A stretch of 64,000 bases of DNA from a virus: the IMG/VR virus record IMGVR_UViG_3300036399_001571, positions 108,520 to 172,519 of that record; one strand, given 5' to 3'. The stretch's first letter is position 1. The number at the start of each line of letters is the position of its first letter. Below, piece by piece: positions 1-8,753 of the stretch. A program made the translations under genes and the position numbers. The notes under the pieces were generated by a model. It was not told the origin of the DNA and ran no database searches. It saw only the letters and a list, made by a program, of their open reading frames with translations.

Positions 1-54
1 ACAGAGCCCCGTCTTTGCCTTTGTTTGGTTGGTTTGCGGGGCTTTTGGGCGCAC

Positions 55-88
55 GAAAAAAAAGAGGGGCAGGTTTCCCCACCCCTCT
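55..88 (-). terminator. Rho-independent terminator
   Basis: AGAGGGG/CCCCTCT stem (63-69/82-88) followed on the minus strand by a T-run, just downstream of CDS 113-535. Confidence 0.65.
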
Positions 89-112
89 CTCCTTTTCGGT
101 AGCCAGTTGTGA

Positions 113-535
113 CTAGAGGTACTCCGACACCGACTTGAGAGTAGATGCGCTCACATACTCTTGGTCAGTCATCTTGAGGACACGGATTGCCTGCTTGATT
201 TCGTCAGTCTCGCGCTCGTACCTGTGTTCAGGGTATGTATCAACCTGTGTAGGTTCGGTTGGGAGTGCTGACTTTGGCAACTCCATAGTGACGCTGAACT
301 CCACCGTCTTGCTCTTGGAGTTGCTGGAATACCAACGCTGACGGCTTGCGTCAGTTATCACGCCCTTGCTCTTGACGAGTTTGAGGATAGCCAAGTTGTA
401 GGCTTCCTTTTCCTTCTCAAAACGGGCTTCCTCTTTTTCTTGATTGGCGAAACGCTGTTGGCGCTCTACCAATGCTTTCTCTAGTGATGAGATGAGAGTA
501 CCCACCTTCACCTTGACGGATATTGACTTACTCAT
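113..535 (-). CDS. hypothetical phage protein (140 aa)
   Basis: ORF with GAAAGG RBS and upstream conserved promoter. Confidence 0.8.
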   Translation of the reverse strand: MSKSISVKVKVGTLISSLEKALVERQQRFANQEKEEARFEKEKEAYNLAILKLVKSKGVITDASRQRWYSSNSKSKTVEFSVTMELPKSALPTEPTQVDTYPEHRYERETDEIKQAIRVLKMTDQEYVSASTLKSVSEYL

Positions 536-693
536 TATGCCCTGCCTTTCGTAGTAGTTGATTGGGGCAGTAACGACATTACAACACCCGATATCAGATT
601 TACAAAGTGCTTTCCGCCACCGTCATCTAAACACCGATACTTGACAAGCCCTCTCACACCTGCTAGCGCACCAACTTTTTTCGGCTGGTTGGG

Positions 694-707
694 CGAACAT
701 ATGTTCG
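694..707. promoter_or_regulatory. LexA/SOS-box-like palindrome CGAACATATGTTCG
   Basis: Matches actinobacterial CGAAC-N4-GTTCG; intergenic. Confidence 0.6.
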
Positions 708-797
708 GTGAGCCCCGGTGGGTCAGCCCGCACGGCGGGGCTTATTCATAAAAAATGGCAGAGAGCTCGAAGCCCCCTGCCTAATTTTTATCGAGTG

Positions 798-1202
798 TCA
801 GTCTCTCCACTCCGTGACCACTGGCGTCAAGTCCATGCTCTCTCTGCTGTTGTTTATCATGGTGCCCAACTCCAAGTCATGTGAAGCCTCTAGAGCCATG
901 TTGGCAAAGTGTTCTGTCATGAAGTCGCTCGGAACGTCAGTGTCATAGCCTTCATCGTCAGCGATACCGACCAGCACAGCGTCACCAGCGAGAACCCTGC
1001 GGAACAACAAAGACGTGATGTTGTTTGTCGGCAGGTCAATGAGCAAGCCTTCGTCATGTACGTAGGCAGTAACGCCCATTTCCCAATCGTTCACACAGTC
1101 AAACCAGCCACCAACTAATTCGTGAATGACGGTATGCGCACCGTCACGTGGAATGTCAATAGCGGTTACTTCACCGCTTGTTTTCACGAGTACTGCTTTC
1201 AT
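798..1202 (-). CDS. DUF3846-like phage protein
   Basis: LVGGWFDCV, VHDEGLL..LPTN, LAGDAVLVG motifs; RBS and promoter upstream. Confidence 0.7.
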   Translation of the reverse strand: MKAVLVKTSGEVTAIDIPRDGAHTVIHELVGGWFDCVNDWEMGVTAYVHDEGLLIDLPTNNITSLLFRRVLAGDAVLVGIADDEGYDTDVPSDFMTEHFANMALEASHDLELGTMINNSRESMDLTPVVTEWRD

Positions 1203-1271
1203 TTTTTCCCTCTTTCGTAGTAGTTGATTAGAGATTACAGGAATAGATATCAGATTTACAAAACAATTTGA

Positions 1272-1436
1272 TTAGTGAACTAAATTACTTTCGGGAACGA
1301 TTGCGAGTGGGTCAAACTTTCCTGAACCACTTACACGAACCAAGTAACGCAGGTGATTGTCGTAACCAACAACCACTCCACTGATGATGTTCCCGTGATT
1401 GTCACGGTACGCCACCTGCGAACCCTCGTCTTTCAT
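1272..1436 (-). CDS. small hypothetical protein (54 aa, MKDEGSQV...)
   Basis: ATG after GAAAGGGG RBS and promoter at 1477; shorter than the ORF-track call. Confidence 0.65.
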   Translation of the reverse strand: MKDEGSQVAYRDNHGNIISGVVVGYDNHLRYLVRVSGSGKFDPLAIVPESNLVH

Positions 1437-1618
1437 AAGCACCCCTTTCGTTGAGTAGTAGTACCTTACAGGAACCGATATCAGATTTACAAAAATACAT
1501 AGCCCCGCTAGCTTTGCGACAGGTTGTACAGCGGGGCTTTCATAGCGGCAAATAGATTGCGCTGCGCACCCATTACTAGAAGTGGGTTCTGTTGCCAAGC
1601 CCCACTCGGCTCCGTTTG

Positions 1619-1861
1619 TTAGACAGTGATGGTTCCACCTTCCCAAATGCCTCGGGTGCGGTGTCCTACCAGTGGATACTCATAGTTGAGGTATCCAAGT
1701 GGGTAGTCCGCAGCGAAGCGATTTGTTGCGATGACGGTCGCCATGTCAATGCCACAGCGCTCCAAGTCACGCACAAAGGACAGAATCAGGTGTGTGTAAA
1801 CCACACGCTGACGAATCATCTGTCCATCGTGGAACTGAAGAATGCTCTTTTTCATATTCAC
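1619..1861 (-). CDS. hypothetical protein (80 aa)
   Basis: GTG start after AAAGGGGG RBS; promoter at 1922. Confidence 0.7.
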   Translation of the reverse strand: MNMKKSILQFHDGQMIRQRVVYTHLILSFVRDLERCGIDMATVIATNRFAADYPLGYLNYEYPLVGHRTRGIWEGGTITV

Positions 1862-1972
1862 CCCCTTTCAAAGAAGTGTGGTTCGAGCGGTTCTCGAACG
1901 CAGTAGCACCTTAGTAAACCCGATATCAGATTTACAAAACAGCAAGGGCGCAAATAAGCCCCGGCACAACTC

Positions 1973-2143
1973 CTACCGCATGCTCCCTGAATACATTCTG
2001 TCCTGAAGGTCTGCGAAGTGATAATCGCACAATGAAACGGTAATAACGCCACTCTCATACTGGCGCACAGTGCCACCGCACATATCTGCGCTATCGGCAT
2101 TGGTGTCGTATTCTCGGCATTGTTGGTGTGTTTGGTTATTCAT
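1973..2143 (-). CDS. small hypothetical protein (56 aa, MNNQTHQQC...)
   Basis: ATG 9 nt after the -10 box of promoter 2167, near-leaderless; below ORF-track cutoff. Confidence 0.55.
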   Translation of the reverse strand: MNNQTHQQCREYDTNADSADMCGGTVRQYESGVITVSLCDYHFADLQDRMYSGSMR

Positions 2144-2301
2144 AGTGATATGACCTTATCAAACTAGATATCAGATTTCCAAATTGAACAATAAGCCCCG
2201 GCATTAGGAGAAAGCAATACCTCTAATGAGGCGGGGCTCCTGGCCAAATAAGTGACGCAGGTTTCCCCACGCCACCTAATCGGTTGAACTTGCTTCGCTG
2301 A

Positions 2302-2604
2302 TTATTCCTCGTAGCGAAGGTCGTAATCCTCAATGTCGTCACACCATGCGCCAAGGTGGTGAGATTCAATGATTGCCCATGCAGGCGCACTCGTCTTACC
2401 CTTCCACGACACACCTTCAGGCAATTCAATGAGTTCATCCCCACTGAAGTCTGCGTTGTAACTGTCAATTGCTTGAATGCACACTGGCACCATTGACAAT
2501 GGCACTGGCGGGTAGTGATTACTCCGCAGGTGGATTGCTAGGGCTGTATCCAGTGATAGGCCCATGTCGTTGTCGGCTAGTTCGCTTGCTAACTGATTAC
2601 CCAT
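2302..2604 (-). CDS. hypothetical phage protein (100 aa)
   Basis: ORF with AAGGGGG RBS. Confidence 0.75.
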   Translation of the reverse strand: MGNQLASELADNDMGLSLDTALAIHLRSNHYPPVPLSMVPVCIQAIDSYNADFSGDELIELPEGVSWKGKTSAPAWAIIESHHLGAWCDDIEDYDLRYEE

Positions 2605-2893
2605 TATTTGCCCCCTTCAGGACTAGTAGTAGTGAAGTTGGTGGGAGCCTGTCGGGGGACATTTCCATCCCCCGATTAGCGTTATAGGACACTCTTCAGT
2701 CCCACCAACAGTAAACACTTTACGGTATGCGATATCAAATTTACAATTCACGACTGGCCACCCCTGCGCCTTCAGGAGCGTGGTTTGAGCCCCGCATACC
2801 AACTGTCTTGGGTGTTGGAGTGGCGGGGCTATAAAGCCAAAAAAGTCGAGCAACCTACTGGCTGCCCGACTTCTCGGAGGGTTTTACTGGCGC

Positions 2894-3133
2894 TTACTGG
2901 CGCTGGAGTTTGTACAACTCGTAAATCCAGCCAGTGCCACCGCCGTAGTGATACTTCTCACCAACAGTGTTCTTCATTTCGTACAGCGCGTCATCCAACA
3001 TGTAGATGGCTCCCTCTCCTTCTTCGCTCTCGAGATTCCTGAGCATTTCAGTCATCTCATCGAGCAAGGTCCTAAGTTCTTGGGCGATTTCCCCAACACT
3101 CTTTACCTTTTCTTCTTCCAGTATTTCGTCTAT
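2894..3133 (-). CDS. acidic hypothetical protein, apparent ATA start, possible paralog of 3490-3738
   Basis: 79-codon open frame after AAAGGGG RBS; YHYGGGTGW resembles YWYGSADGW of the neighbour. Confidence 0.5.
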   Translation of the reverse strand: MDEILEEEKVKSVGEIAQELRTLLDEMTEMLRNLESEEGEGAIYMLDDALYEMKNTVGEKYHYGGGTGWIYELYKLQRQ

Positions 3134-3153
3134 GTCTTTCCCCTTTGTTCGAA

Positions 3154-3169
3154 TGTTCCACGTGGAACA
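3154..3169. promoter_or_regulatory. parS-like palindrome TGTTCCACGTGGAACA
   Basis: Perfect 16 bp palindrome (20 bp with flanks) matching the chromosomal parS consensus. Confidence 0.65.
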
Positions 3170-3241
3170 TTTCCTTACAAGACCAACTCTAGTACACCTG
3201 ATATCAGATTTACAACTTCACTTTTTAGCCCCGTCTTGGGG

Positions 3242-3255
3242 CGAACATATGTTTG
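3242..3255. promoter_or_regulatory. LexA-box-like CGAACATATGTTTG
   Basis: One mismatch to CGAAC-N4-GTTCG, ~25 bp upstream of promoter 3200. Confidence 0.5.
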
Positions 3256-3316
3256 CAGCCGTAGGCGGGGCTATAAAACTAAAATGTCGGGCAACCGATT
3301 TGGCTACCCGACACTT

Positions 3317-3493
3317 TCAGTCGATTTGGATTTTGTCAAACACTTCGGCTCGAGCATTGAGCATCGCCCAATGAAAAGCGTCCATGAAAATCTGCTGCTT
3401 CTCTGCCGACCTGAACTCTCGCTCGGCGTGGGCTCGAGCCTCGGCGGTCTTAACCGCCAAGAGCCCGACCCACCACTCGACCTTCTCGTTCAC
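3317..3493 (-). CDS. small hypothetical protein (58 aa, MNEKVEWW...)
   Basis: GTG overlaps the TGA of 3490-3738 (translational coupling). Confidence 0.55.
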   Translation of the reverse strand: MNEKVEWWVGLLAVKTAEARAHAEREFRSAEKQQIFMDAFHWAMLNARAEVFDKIQID

Positions 3494-3738
3494 CAGTTAG
3501 CCGAGTTAAACGGCTCTTTGTTTGGTTCTTTGAGCGCTCGCTCCCAGCCGTCGGCACTGCCGTACCAGTAACTTCCCTTGTAATCACTGACGATGTAGCC
3601 GAGTTTCCCTAGCACTGCTTCCTCGATTGTCTCGTCCTCGGGTTGGCTGTCGAGTATCTCGAGTAGTTCGAGTACCGCTTCCCTGATTTCATCAAGAGCC
3701 TTCGCTCCTGCTTTCCGCACCTCTACTTGACCTTCCAT
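3490..3738 (-). CDS. hypothetical protein (82 aa)
   Basis: AAGGGG RBS; promoter TTGCAA-17-TAGAGT at 3798-3826. Confidence 0.75.
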   Translation of the reverse strand: MEGQVEVRKAGAKALDEIREAVLELLEILDSQPEDETIEEAVLGKLGYIVSDYKGSYWYGSADGWERALKEPNKEPFNSANW

Positions 3739-3759
3739 TACTTTCCCCTTTTCTCGGAA

Positions 3760-3775
3760 TGTTCCACGTGGAACA
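3760..3775. promoter_or_regulatory. parS-like palindrome TGTTCCACGTGGAACA
   Basis: Second perfect copy (22 bp palindrome 3757-3778) in a 5' leader. Confidence 0.65.
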
Positions 3776-4030
3776 TTCGGTTTTTCTTACAAGACCAACT
3801 CTAGTACACCCGAAAGAGAATTGCAACTTTTATTTATAGCCCCGCAGAAGTTTTTTTCATTTAACATACAGATGACATACAGGTAACATACAAATTTTCG
3901 TCAGCAGAAGGGCAGGCGGGGCTGTTTTGAGAAAAAAATAAGCCACACCAAAACTCAACGCAGGTTGAAAGGGGTAAAACGCGGAGTAATGGTGTGGCTA
4001 TTTATTAGTAGGTATTGCTACCCACTAAAC

Positions 4031-4285
4031 CTAGTTTGACATTTCGTGAGTTTGCTCGTCAAACCTTCCAACTAAGTGAGGCTGTAATACCTCGTTGTAT
4101 CCGTCTGCAATACTGCAAGCCTGCGAGTGAGAAACACAGGGCATTGAGTATTGTAGGAAGTCGCTACTGTCTCCAGTAGGTGACTGAATATGAAGCATTA
4201 CTGCCCAAGTAGTAGAAACCCCATAAACCTGCATTGGGTCGTGGACTACTTGTGCGCTAACGATAGAACCTTTACCTGATTTCAT
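4031..4285 (-). CDS. hypothetical protein (84 aa, MKSGKGSI...)
   Basis: TAATG overlap with upstream gene; GAAAGGT RBS. Confidence 0.6.
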   Translation of the reverse strand: MKSGKGSIVSAQVVHDPMQVYGVSTTWAVMLHIQSPTGDSSDFLQYSMPCVSHSQACSIADGYNEVLQPHLVGRFDEQTHEMSN

Positions 4286-4533
4286 TACTTGCCTACCTTT
4301 CCAGTAGTGAGTGTTTGCTCTAGGACTAGCCACGAGTGACCAGAACTTGTGTTTGCGTGGATTTGGAAACTGTAAGTGTTGTAGTCGCCTACACTCTCCC
4401 AGTATTCCGAAGCCTCGTCAGTTGCCAACCAAGCCTCACACTCTTTACGAGTGTCTGCCTCAAAGGCTGGCGTGTCGCTATCTGGGAGACAGCCTGCGCT
4501 TGCCCACCAAACCTGATAAACGGTATGTTTCAT
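4285..4533 (-). CDS. hypothetical protein (82 aa)
   Basis: AAGGGG RBS; promoter at 4597. Confidence 0.75.
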   Translation of the reverse strand: MKHTVYQVWWASAGCLPDSDTPAFEADTRKECEAWLATDEASEYWESVGDYNTYSFQIHANTSSGHSWLVLEQTLTTGKVGK

Positions 4534-4739
4534 AATTTCCCCTTTCCGAGAAACTTACGGGGATACTTTCCCCGTTGAGATAACAGTACAGGACTAGATA
4601 TCAGATTTACAAAATTACTTATTGCGCTTTATTACTGCGTAGATATAGGTAAAGATAACGCCACTAAGAAACCCAATAATTAGCCCTTGTGTGTACATAA
4701 CTGCTTGCACGATTTTTTCTTTCCGTTGTAGGTGATACT

Positions 4740-4768
4740 AAATTACAGGCTTGTAGTGATTATGTCAA
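4740..4768 (-). promoter_or_regulatory. sigma-A-type promoter TTGACA-17-TAATTT
   Basis: Canonical -35, 17 bp spacer, extended TG -10. Confidence 0.6.
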
Positions 4769-4865
4769 GGATTTCGATATAGCCCCGCATATCGGGCTGA
4801 GCCCGTCTAATAGCCGGGGCTCCGGGAAAAATTTCAGCCGGGTGAACAGGCTGAAACTGGTGGGC

Positions 4866-5120
4866 TCACCAAGTCGAAAGGTCGACGCCCCCGTGTGGGA
4901 AGTTCTCGGCGAAGCCTGTCGTCCAAATCGAGTTGCCTGTTGGGCACCTGTAAGTGTCGTGCTCCCCGAGCTTGTCCAGTATGTCCACGATGACTTCGTC
5001 ACCAGCGACTGTCACCAGTATCACATGGCCCTCGTAGACCTTGTATGAGCTGTCGCCAGCGTTGATGTATGTACCAATGCGCAGCTTCTCTGCGTCTACG
5101 AGCTGTGGCGTGTAGTTCAT
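4866..5120 (-). CDS. hypothetical protein (84 aa, MNYTPQLV...)
   Basis: ATGA overlap with upstream 41-codon ORF 5117-5242. Confidence 0.6.
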   Translation of the reverse strand: MNYTPQLVDAEKLRIGTYINAGDSSYKVYEGHVILVTVAGDEVIVDILDKLGEHDTYRCPTGNSIWTTGFAENFPHGGVDLSTW

Positions 5121-5335
5121 TCCCAATCCAACCCGTCTGTGAAGGCCTCGTTCTCTGCGTACCACGCAAGGTCGTCCTCTTGTACGAGGTGCCCGTCCAG
5201 TGTGTACTCCCCGTCATCCCACGGGTTGAATTCTGCTTTCATTTTGTGCCCCTTTCAGTTGGCCTTGCTTCCGTGCTCCAAACATTACAACACGCGATAT
5301 CAGATTTACAAAACGGGCGAACAGGCCAGCCCGGG

Positions 5336-5349
5336 CGAACATGTGTTCG
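5336..5349. promoter_or_regulatory. LexA-box-like CGAACATGTGTTCG
   Basis: Exact CGAAC-N4-GTTCG upstream of promoter 5296. Confidence 0.6.
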
Positions 5350-5450
5350 TGCGCGACCCGGAGTCCCGGCTATCAGGCGCGAGCGCCGGGGCTCATGGAA
5401 AATTTTGGGGGTGTAACAAGGTTTTTATTCCCTGTCACACCCCCTCGGGT

Positions 5451-5768
5451 TTAGAACTCGTAGGAGTAGTAGTACCTGCGACCGCTCAGGTGAAGCACAG
5501 CCCAACTATCCAACGAATCACCAATCTGAACCCACCTTCCGTTTTTGCGGAGTGTAAAGCAAGCGGTTGGGTTGTTTGGGTTTGGTGTAATTTCCCAGTC
5601 GTTGCTGTAAGGCTTCGCACCTTCGGCTGGCTTGACATCGTCTTGCTGAACGATAATCTTCTTGCCGTTTTCACTGACGAAAACAATCGTTACTGAGTGA
5701 GTGTCCACTCCGTTGCTTACGTGTGCGCCGTTTCCGACTACTGGCTTTATTCTTTCCTTGGTTTCCAT
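5451..5768 (-). CDS. hypothetical phage protein (105 aa)
   Basis: GAAAGGGG RBS; promoter at 5818. Confidence 0.8.
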   Translation of the reverse strand: METKERIKPVVGNGAHVSNGVDTHSVTIVFVSENGKKIIVQQDDVKPAEGAKPYSNDWEITPNPNNPTACFTLRKNGRWVQIGDSLDSWAVLHLSGRRYYYSYEF

Positions 5769-5935
5769 TGTGTCCCCTTTCGTGGAACTCGTTTACAAAA
5801 TAAACTTTACAGTACGCGATATCAGATTTACAAAAATTGGAATTTTTTACATAGCCCCGCTGCCGGATTTTTTATTACTATGCCGGGGCTAGCTAAGAAA
5901 AAAGAGCAGGCGCTTTCGCACCCACTCTCTCTCCG

Positions 5936-6127
5936 TTATCGGGTTGCGGACTGCACTCGGTCAGCGAGGTTCTTGATGGCGATTTGCAGACTAATCGTTA
6001 CCATGTAGAGGTAATGATTTTCAATTTTGTCCTTTTTGTAAATCTCTAGGATTTCTTCCCGTGTCTTGATGAGTGACAGGATTTCGTCTGCGCATTCTGT
6101 AAGACTGAGTGTGTTGTCTGTTTCCAT
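5936..6127 (-). CDS. hypothetical protein (63 aa)
   Basis: GAAAGGGG RBS; promoter at 6181. Confidence 0.7.
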   Translation of the reverse strand: METDNTLSLTECADEILSLIKTREEILEIYKKDKIENHYLYMVTISLQIAIKNLADRVQSATR

Positions 6128-6199
6128 TTCGTGCCCCTTTCGTAAGGCTTGTTGTTGTTACTGATTACATTACAGCAAGCGATATCAGATTTACAAAAG

Positions 6200-6213
6200 C
6201 GAACATGTGTTTG
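6200..6213. promoter_or_regulatory. LexA-box-like CGAACATGTGTTTG
   Basis: One mismatch; abuts the -35 of promoter 6181. Confidence 0.5.
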
Positions 6214-6305
6214 CCCAGCCCCGCTGCACCTTCGTGTAAAGAATTTATGCCGGGGCTTTCAGCAATGAATATCGTTGACTGAATAATTCATAAAGTGAAA
6301 ACGCA

Positions 6306-6338
6306 ACCGGGGAGACTCGGTGGTGAAGTCTCCCCGGT
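6306..6338 (-). terminator. strong hairpin, probable terminator
   Basis: Perfect 12 bp stem ACCGGGGAGACT/AGTCTCCCCGGT right after the stop of 6345-6632. Confidence 0.65.
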
Positions 6339-6344
6339 CAGGAT

Positions 6345-6632
6345 TTAGTAGACGACTACCGAGGCCTTCGTCCACTTGGTGAATGAGTGAGTGCTAGGCA
6401 CTCCGTCAATGGTGAGCACTAGGAACTTTCCTGCGTTGCTCCACTTTTTATTCTCAGGTGCAATCTTTGAAATTGTTCCCGTTGCGTATCCCCACGCCTG
6501 TCGCTCACGGCGTGTGGTGTTCTTTCCGAACAGGCGAGCTTCAGTCTCGCCAGTCACCGTGTTGGTGATATAGCCAACCAGTATTTGGTCGCCGACTTCT
6601 AGGTCGCTTACTTTTACCCTTGTTGTTTCCAT
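6345..6632 (-). CDS. hypothetical protein (95 aa)
   Basis: GAAAGGGG RBS; promoter at 6675. Confidence 0.75.
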   Translation of the reverse strand: METTRVKVSDLEVGDQILVGYITNTVTGETEARLFGKNTTRRERQAWGYATGTISKIAPENKKWSNAGKFLVLTIDGVPSTHSFTKWTKASVVVY

Positions 6633-6684
6633 TGCTATCCCCTTTCAGTTGGATAAATAAATCGTACAACAAGCGATATCAGAT

Positions 6685-6858
6685 TTACAAAATACCCTCG
6701 AGCCCCGCAGTCGCGGTTACAGACGCGCTCTCTGCTGTCATCAAGTGAAGTCGTATGTCAAGAAGCAAGTCCTGCATTTCGCTTGAGGCTACGAGTTCAC
6801 GGCTAGAGATATTGACTAGCGCCTTATCAAGAAGTGTGATTATTTCTTTTTCGTTCAT
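6685..6858 (-). CDS. small hypothetical protein (57 aa, MNEKEIIT...)
   Basis: ATGA-coupled to the upstream gene; its TAA stop is inside the next promoter's TTGTAA. Confidence 0.5.
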   Translation of the reverse strand: MNEKEIITLLDKALVNISSRELVASSEMQDLLLDIRLHLMTAESASVTATAGLEGIL

Positions 6859-7037
6859 TGTGGGCAGTCCTCGTATGGGTTGGGGTTTCCTTCATTGTCC
6901 TCGCAAGAACAGAAGCCGAATAATTCTACTTGAGTTTCGTGAGTGAGTTCAGTCAAGTCCTCGTATGACGGGGAGCCCCGTAGTTCCTCTATCACTAAAC
7001 TCCAAAAATCCACAAAAAGTTTCTCTTGTGAGTTCAC
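6855..7037 (-). CDS. small acidic Cys-containing protein (60 aa)
   Basis: GTGA overlap with upstream gene; GAGGGG RBS. Confidence 0.5.
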   Translation of the reverse strand: MNSQEKLFVDFWSLVIEELRGSPSYEDLTELTHETQVELFGFCSCEDNEGNPNPYEDCPQ

Positions 7038-7231
7038 TTCTTGCCCCTCATCTCCAAGCCGATTAGTACTACGGCAACTCCGACTAACACTTGACTTACT
7101 CCTACCCACTGAAGGATAGAGGCGAGTTCGTTACCCGTGAGAGAGGCGTAGGCGTTCTCTTTCTGCCAGAACCAAGCACCGATTAGTGCGCTTACTGAAC
7201 CAAGTCCAATAATCCAGTCGGGCTTATTCAT
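7034..7231 (-). CDS. small membrane protein (65 aa)
   Basis: Two hydrophobic segments; coupled to upstream lipoprotein gene. Confidence 0.6.
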   Translation of the reverse strand: MNKPDWIIGLGSVSALIGAWFWQKENAYASLTGNELASILQWVGVSQVLVGVAVVLIGLEMRGKK

Positions 7232-7707
7232 TACGCACTCCTCATTGGGCATACTTCCCAAAAAGCACGATAGAAATCACTTGCCGCGTCATTCACATCG
7301 GTTATGTAATTGTTCACCGATAGGTCACGCCTTTCTGATTCCCAATAAGCGTTGTAAGCGTCTAGATATTCATCTATGACATTTACAAAAACACTTTGCT
7401 CAAAAGACACGGTTGGTATGTCAAGTGTTCTCACATACGAGCGAAGGTCTCGTAAGGCACTCACCTTCGCCTCATATTCAGACCGACTTGGTATTCCTCC
7501 GTTGTCTGTTGCGTTTTCCCACGACGCTTCTACATCGTCTGCGAGTAGTGAGATTTTTTCAGCAACAACCTTATTGCAGTCTTTGCCATAACTAATTGTT
7601 GTAGTTGTCGCAATGGTTGTTTCCACTGCTACGGGCTCACTGTTGCCACAAGACGAAATACTCATTACGAGTATCGCCCCTAGTAATACTGTCTTTACTG
7701 CTTTCAT
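7231..7707 (-). CDS. putative lipoprotein (158 aa)
   Basis: MKAVKTVLLGAILVMSISSC signal with lipobox Cys, then Thr-rich linker. Confidence 0.65.
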   Translation of the reverse strand: MKAVKTVLLGAILVMSISSCGNSEPVAVETTIATTTTISYGKDCNKVVAEKISLLADDVEASWENATDNGGIPSRSEYEAKVSALRDLRSYVRTLDIPTVSFEQSVFVNVIDEYLDAYNAYWESERRDLSVNNYITDVNDAASDFYRAFWEVCPMRSA

Positions 7708-7895
7708 TACTTCGCCCCCTTGACTTTGATAATGAGCGAGCAAACTCCATAAACCATTCCGAACCATAACGCTCCACCAATCGCCATATCCAAAAAGACA
7801 TATGGTGATGTTGTGTTTATGCTCCCAGCCGAAGCCGCTAACGCTCCGACTACTGCTCCAATGTTTGACGCTTTCTTTCGTGTTTCGTGTTTCAT
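7707..7895 (-). CDS. small membrane protein (62 aa)
   Basis: Two hydrophobic segments; AAAGGGG RBS; promoter at 7949. Confidence 0.65.
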   Translation of the reverse strand: MKHETRKKASNIGAVVGALAASAGSINTTSPYVFLDMAIGGALWFGMVYGVCSLIIKVKGAK

Positions 7896-7988
7896 TACTT
7901 ATCCCCTTTCTAAGGGCTTGTTGTTGTTAGTAATAACTTAGGGCAACGGATATCAGATTTACAAATCCACTTATAGCCCCGGTGGATG

Positions 7989-8321
7989 TTATGCGCACTC
8001 TTCCATAACTTGACCACCATCAGTTATGCGCAACTCACAAGTGTTGTGTGTTGGTAGGTAAATTGTGTCGCCGATAGCGAGGTTTGTTCCGTACAACTTC
8101 ACGAGCCTGTCCACTACTTCCATAGTGTTGCCCTCGCAGTTTGTTCGGGCTATCCAGTAAAGCGTGTCGCCCTCTTTGATAGTGACTGGTGTTCCGTCAC
8201 AAAAGAACTCGCTGTCTTTTGTATTCAGTCTGTCCAAGTATCCAAATGCGAATACTGACGCAAGTGTTATTGCGATAGTGATAAGCACTGTCTTTGCTGT
8301 TCGGTAGGTTTGTTCGTTCAT
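7989..8321 (-). CDS. membrane-anchored LysM-domain protein
   Basis: N-terminal TM helix, then VTIKEGDTLYWIA...LAIGDTIYLP LysM pattern. Confidence 0.75.
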   Translation of the reverse strand: MNEQTYRTAKTVLITIAITLASVFAFGYLDRLNTKDSEFFCDGTPVTIKEGDTLYWIARTNCEGNTMEVVDRLVKLYGTNLAIGDTIYLPTHNTCELRITDGGQVMEECA

Positions 8322-8472
8322 TGCTCTCCCTTTCAGTAGGTAACTAAATCATATCCGAGCCGATATCAGAATTACAGGATACCCGTGCGGGGCTATTTCG
8401 AGCCTTTATGGATTTGTAAATCTGATATTGGGGACTATATGCTTTACTTATCCACGAGAAAAGGGGAAAGAA

Positions 8473-8589
8473 ATGAAAGTATCATCACACACAAAAGCCA
8501 AGTGCCAAGAGTGCGAGCGAGTATTTGACTTGCTTGACGAGGAACAGGCAAATGAGTTTTTTCACGGTCACGATTGCGAGGGACAATGA
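8473..8589 (+). CDS. small Cys/His (Zn-finger-like) protein (38 aa)
   Basis: After divergent promoter 8413 and AAAGGGG RBS; CxxC and HxHxC. Confidence 0.5.
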   Translation: MKVSSHTKAKCQECERVFDLLDEEQANEFFHGHDCEGQ

Positions 8590-8753
8590 GCAAGAACATT
8601 ATCTGCCCTACTTGTAGTGGCTTTATTCCTAACGGGCACACGCCAGGTTTATATCCAGGTGCTATCTCACGGAAAGACAACAAAACAGAAATTTGTTCGC
8701 AATGCGGTGAAGACGAGGCAATGGAAGATTTCTTCCGTATGATGAAGAAATGA
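8586..8753 (+). CDS. small Zn-ribbon protein (55 aa)
   Basis: CPTC...SRKDNKTEICSQCG; ATGA-coupled at both ends. Confidence 0.6.
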   Translation: MSKNIICPTCSGFIPNGHTPGLYPGAISRKDNKTEICSQCGEDEAMEDFFRMMKK

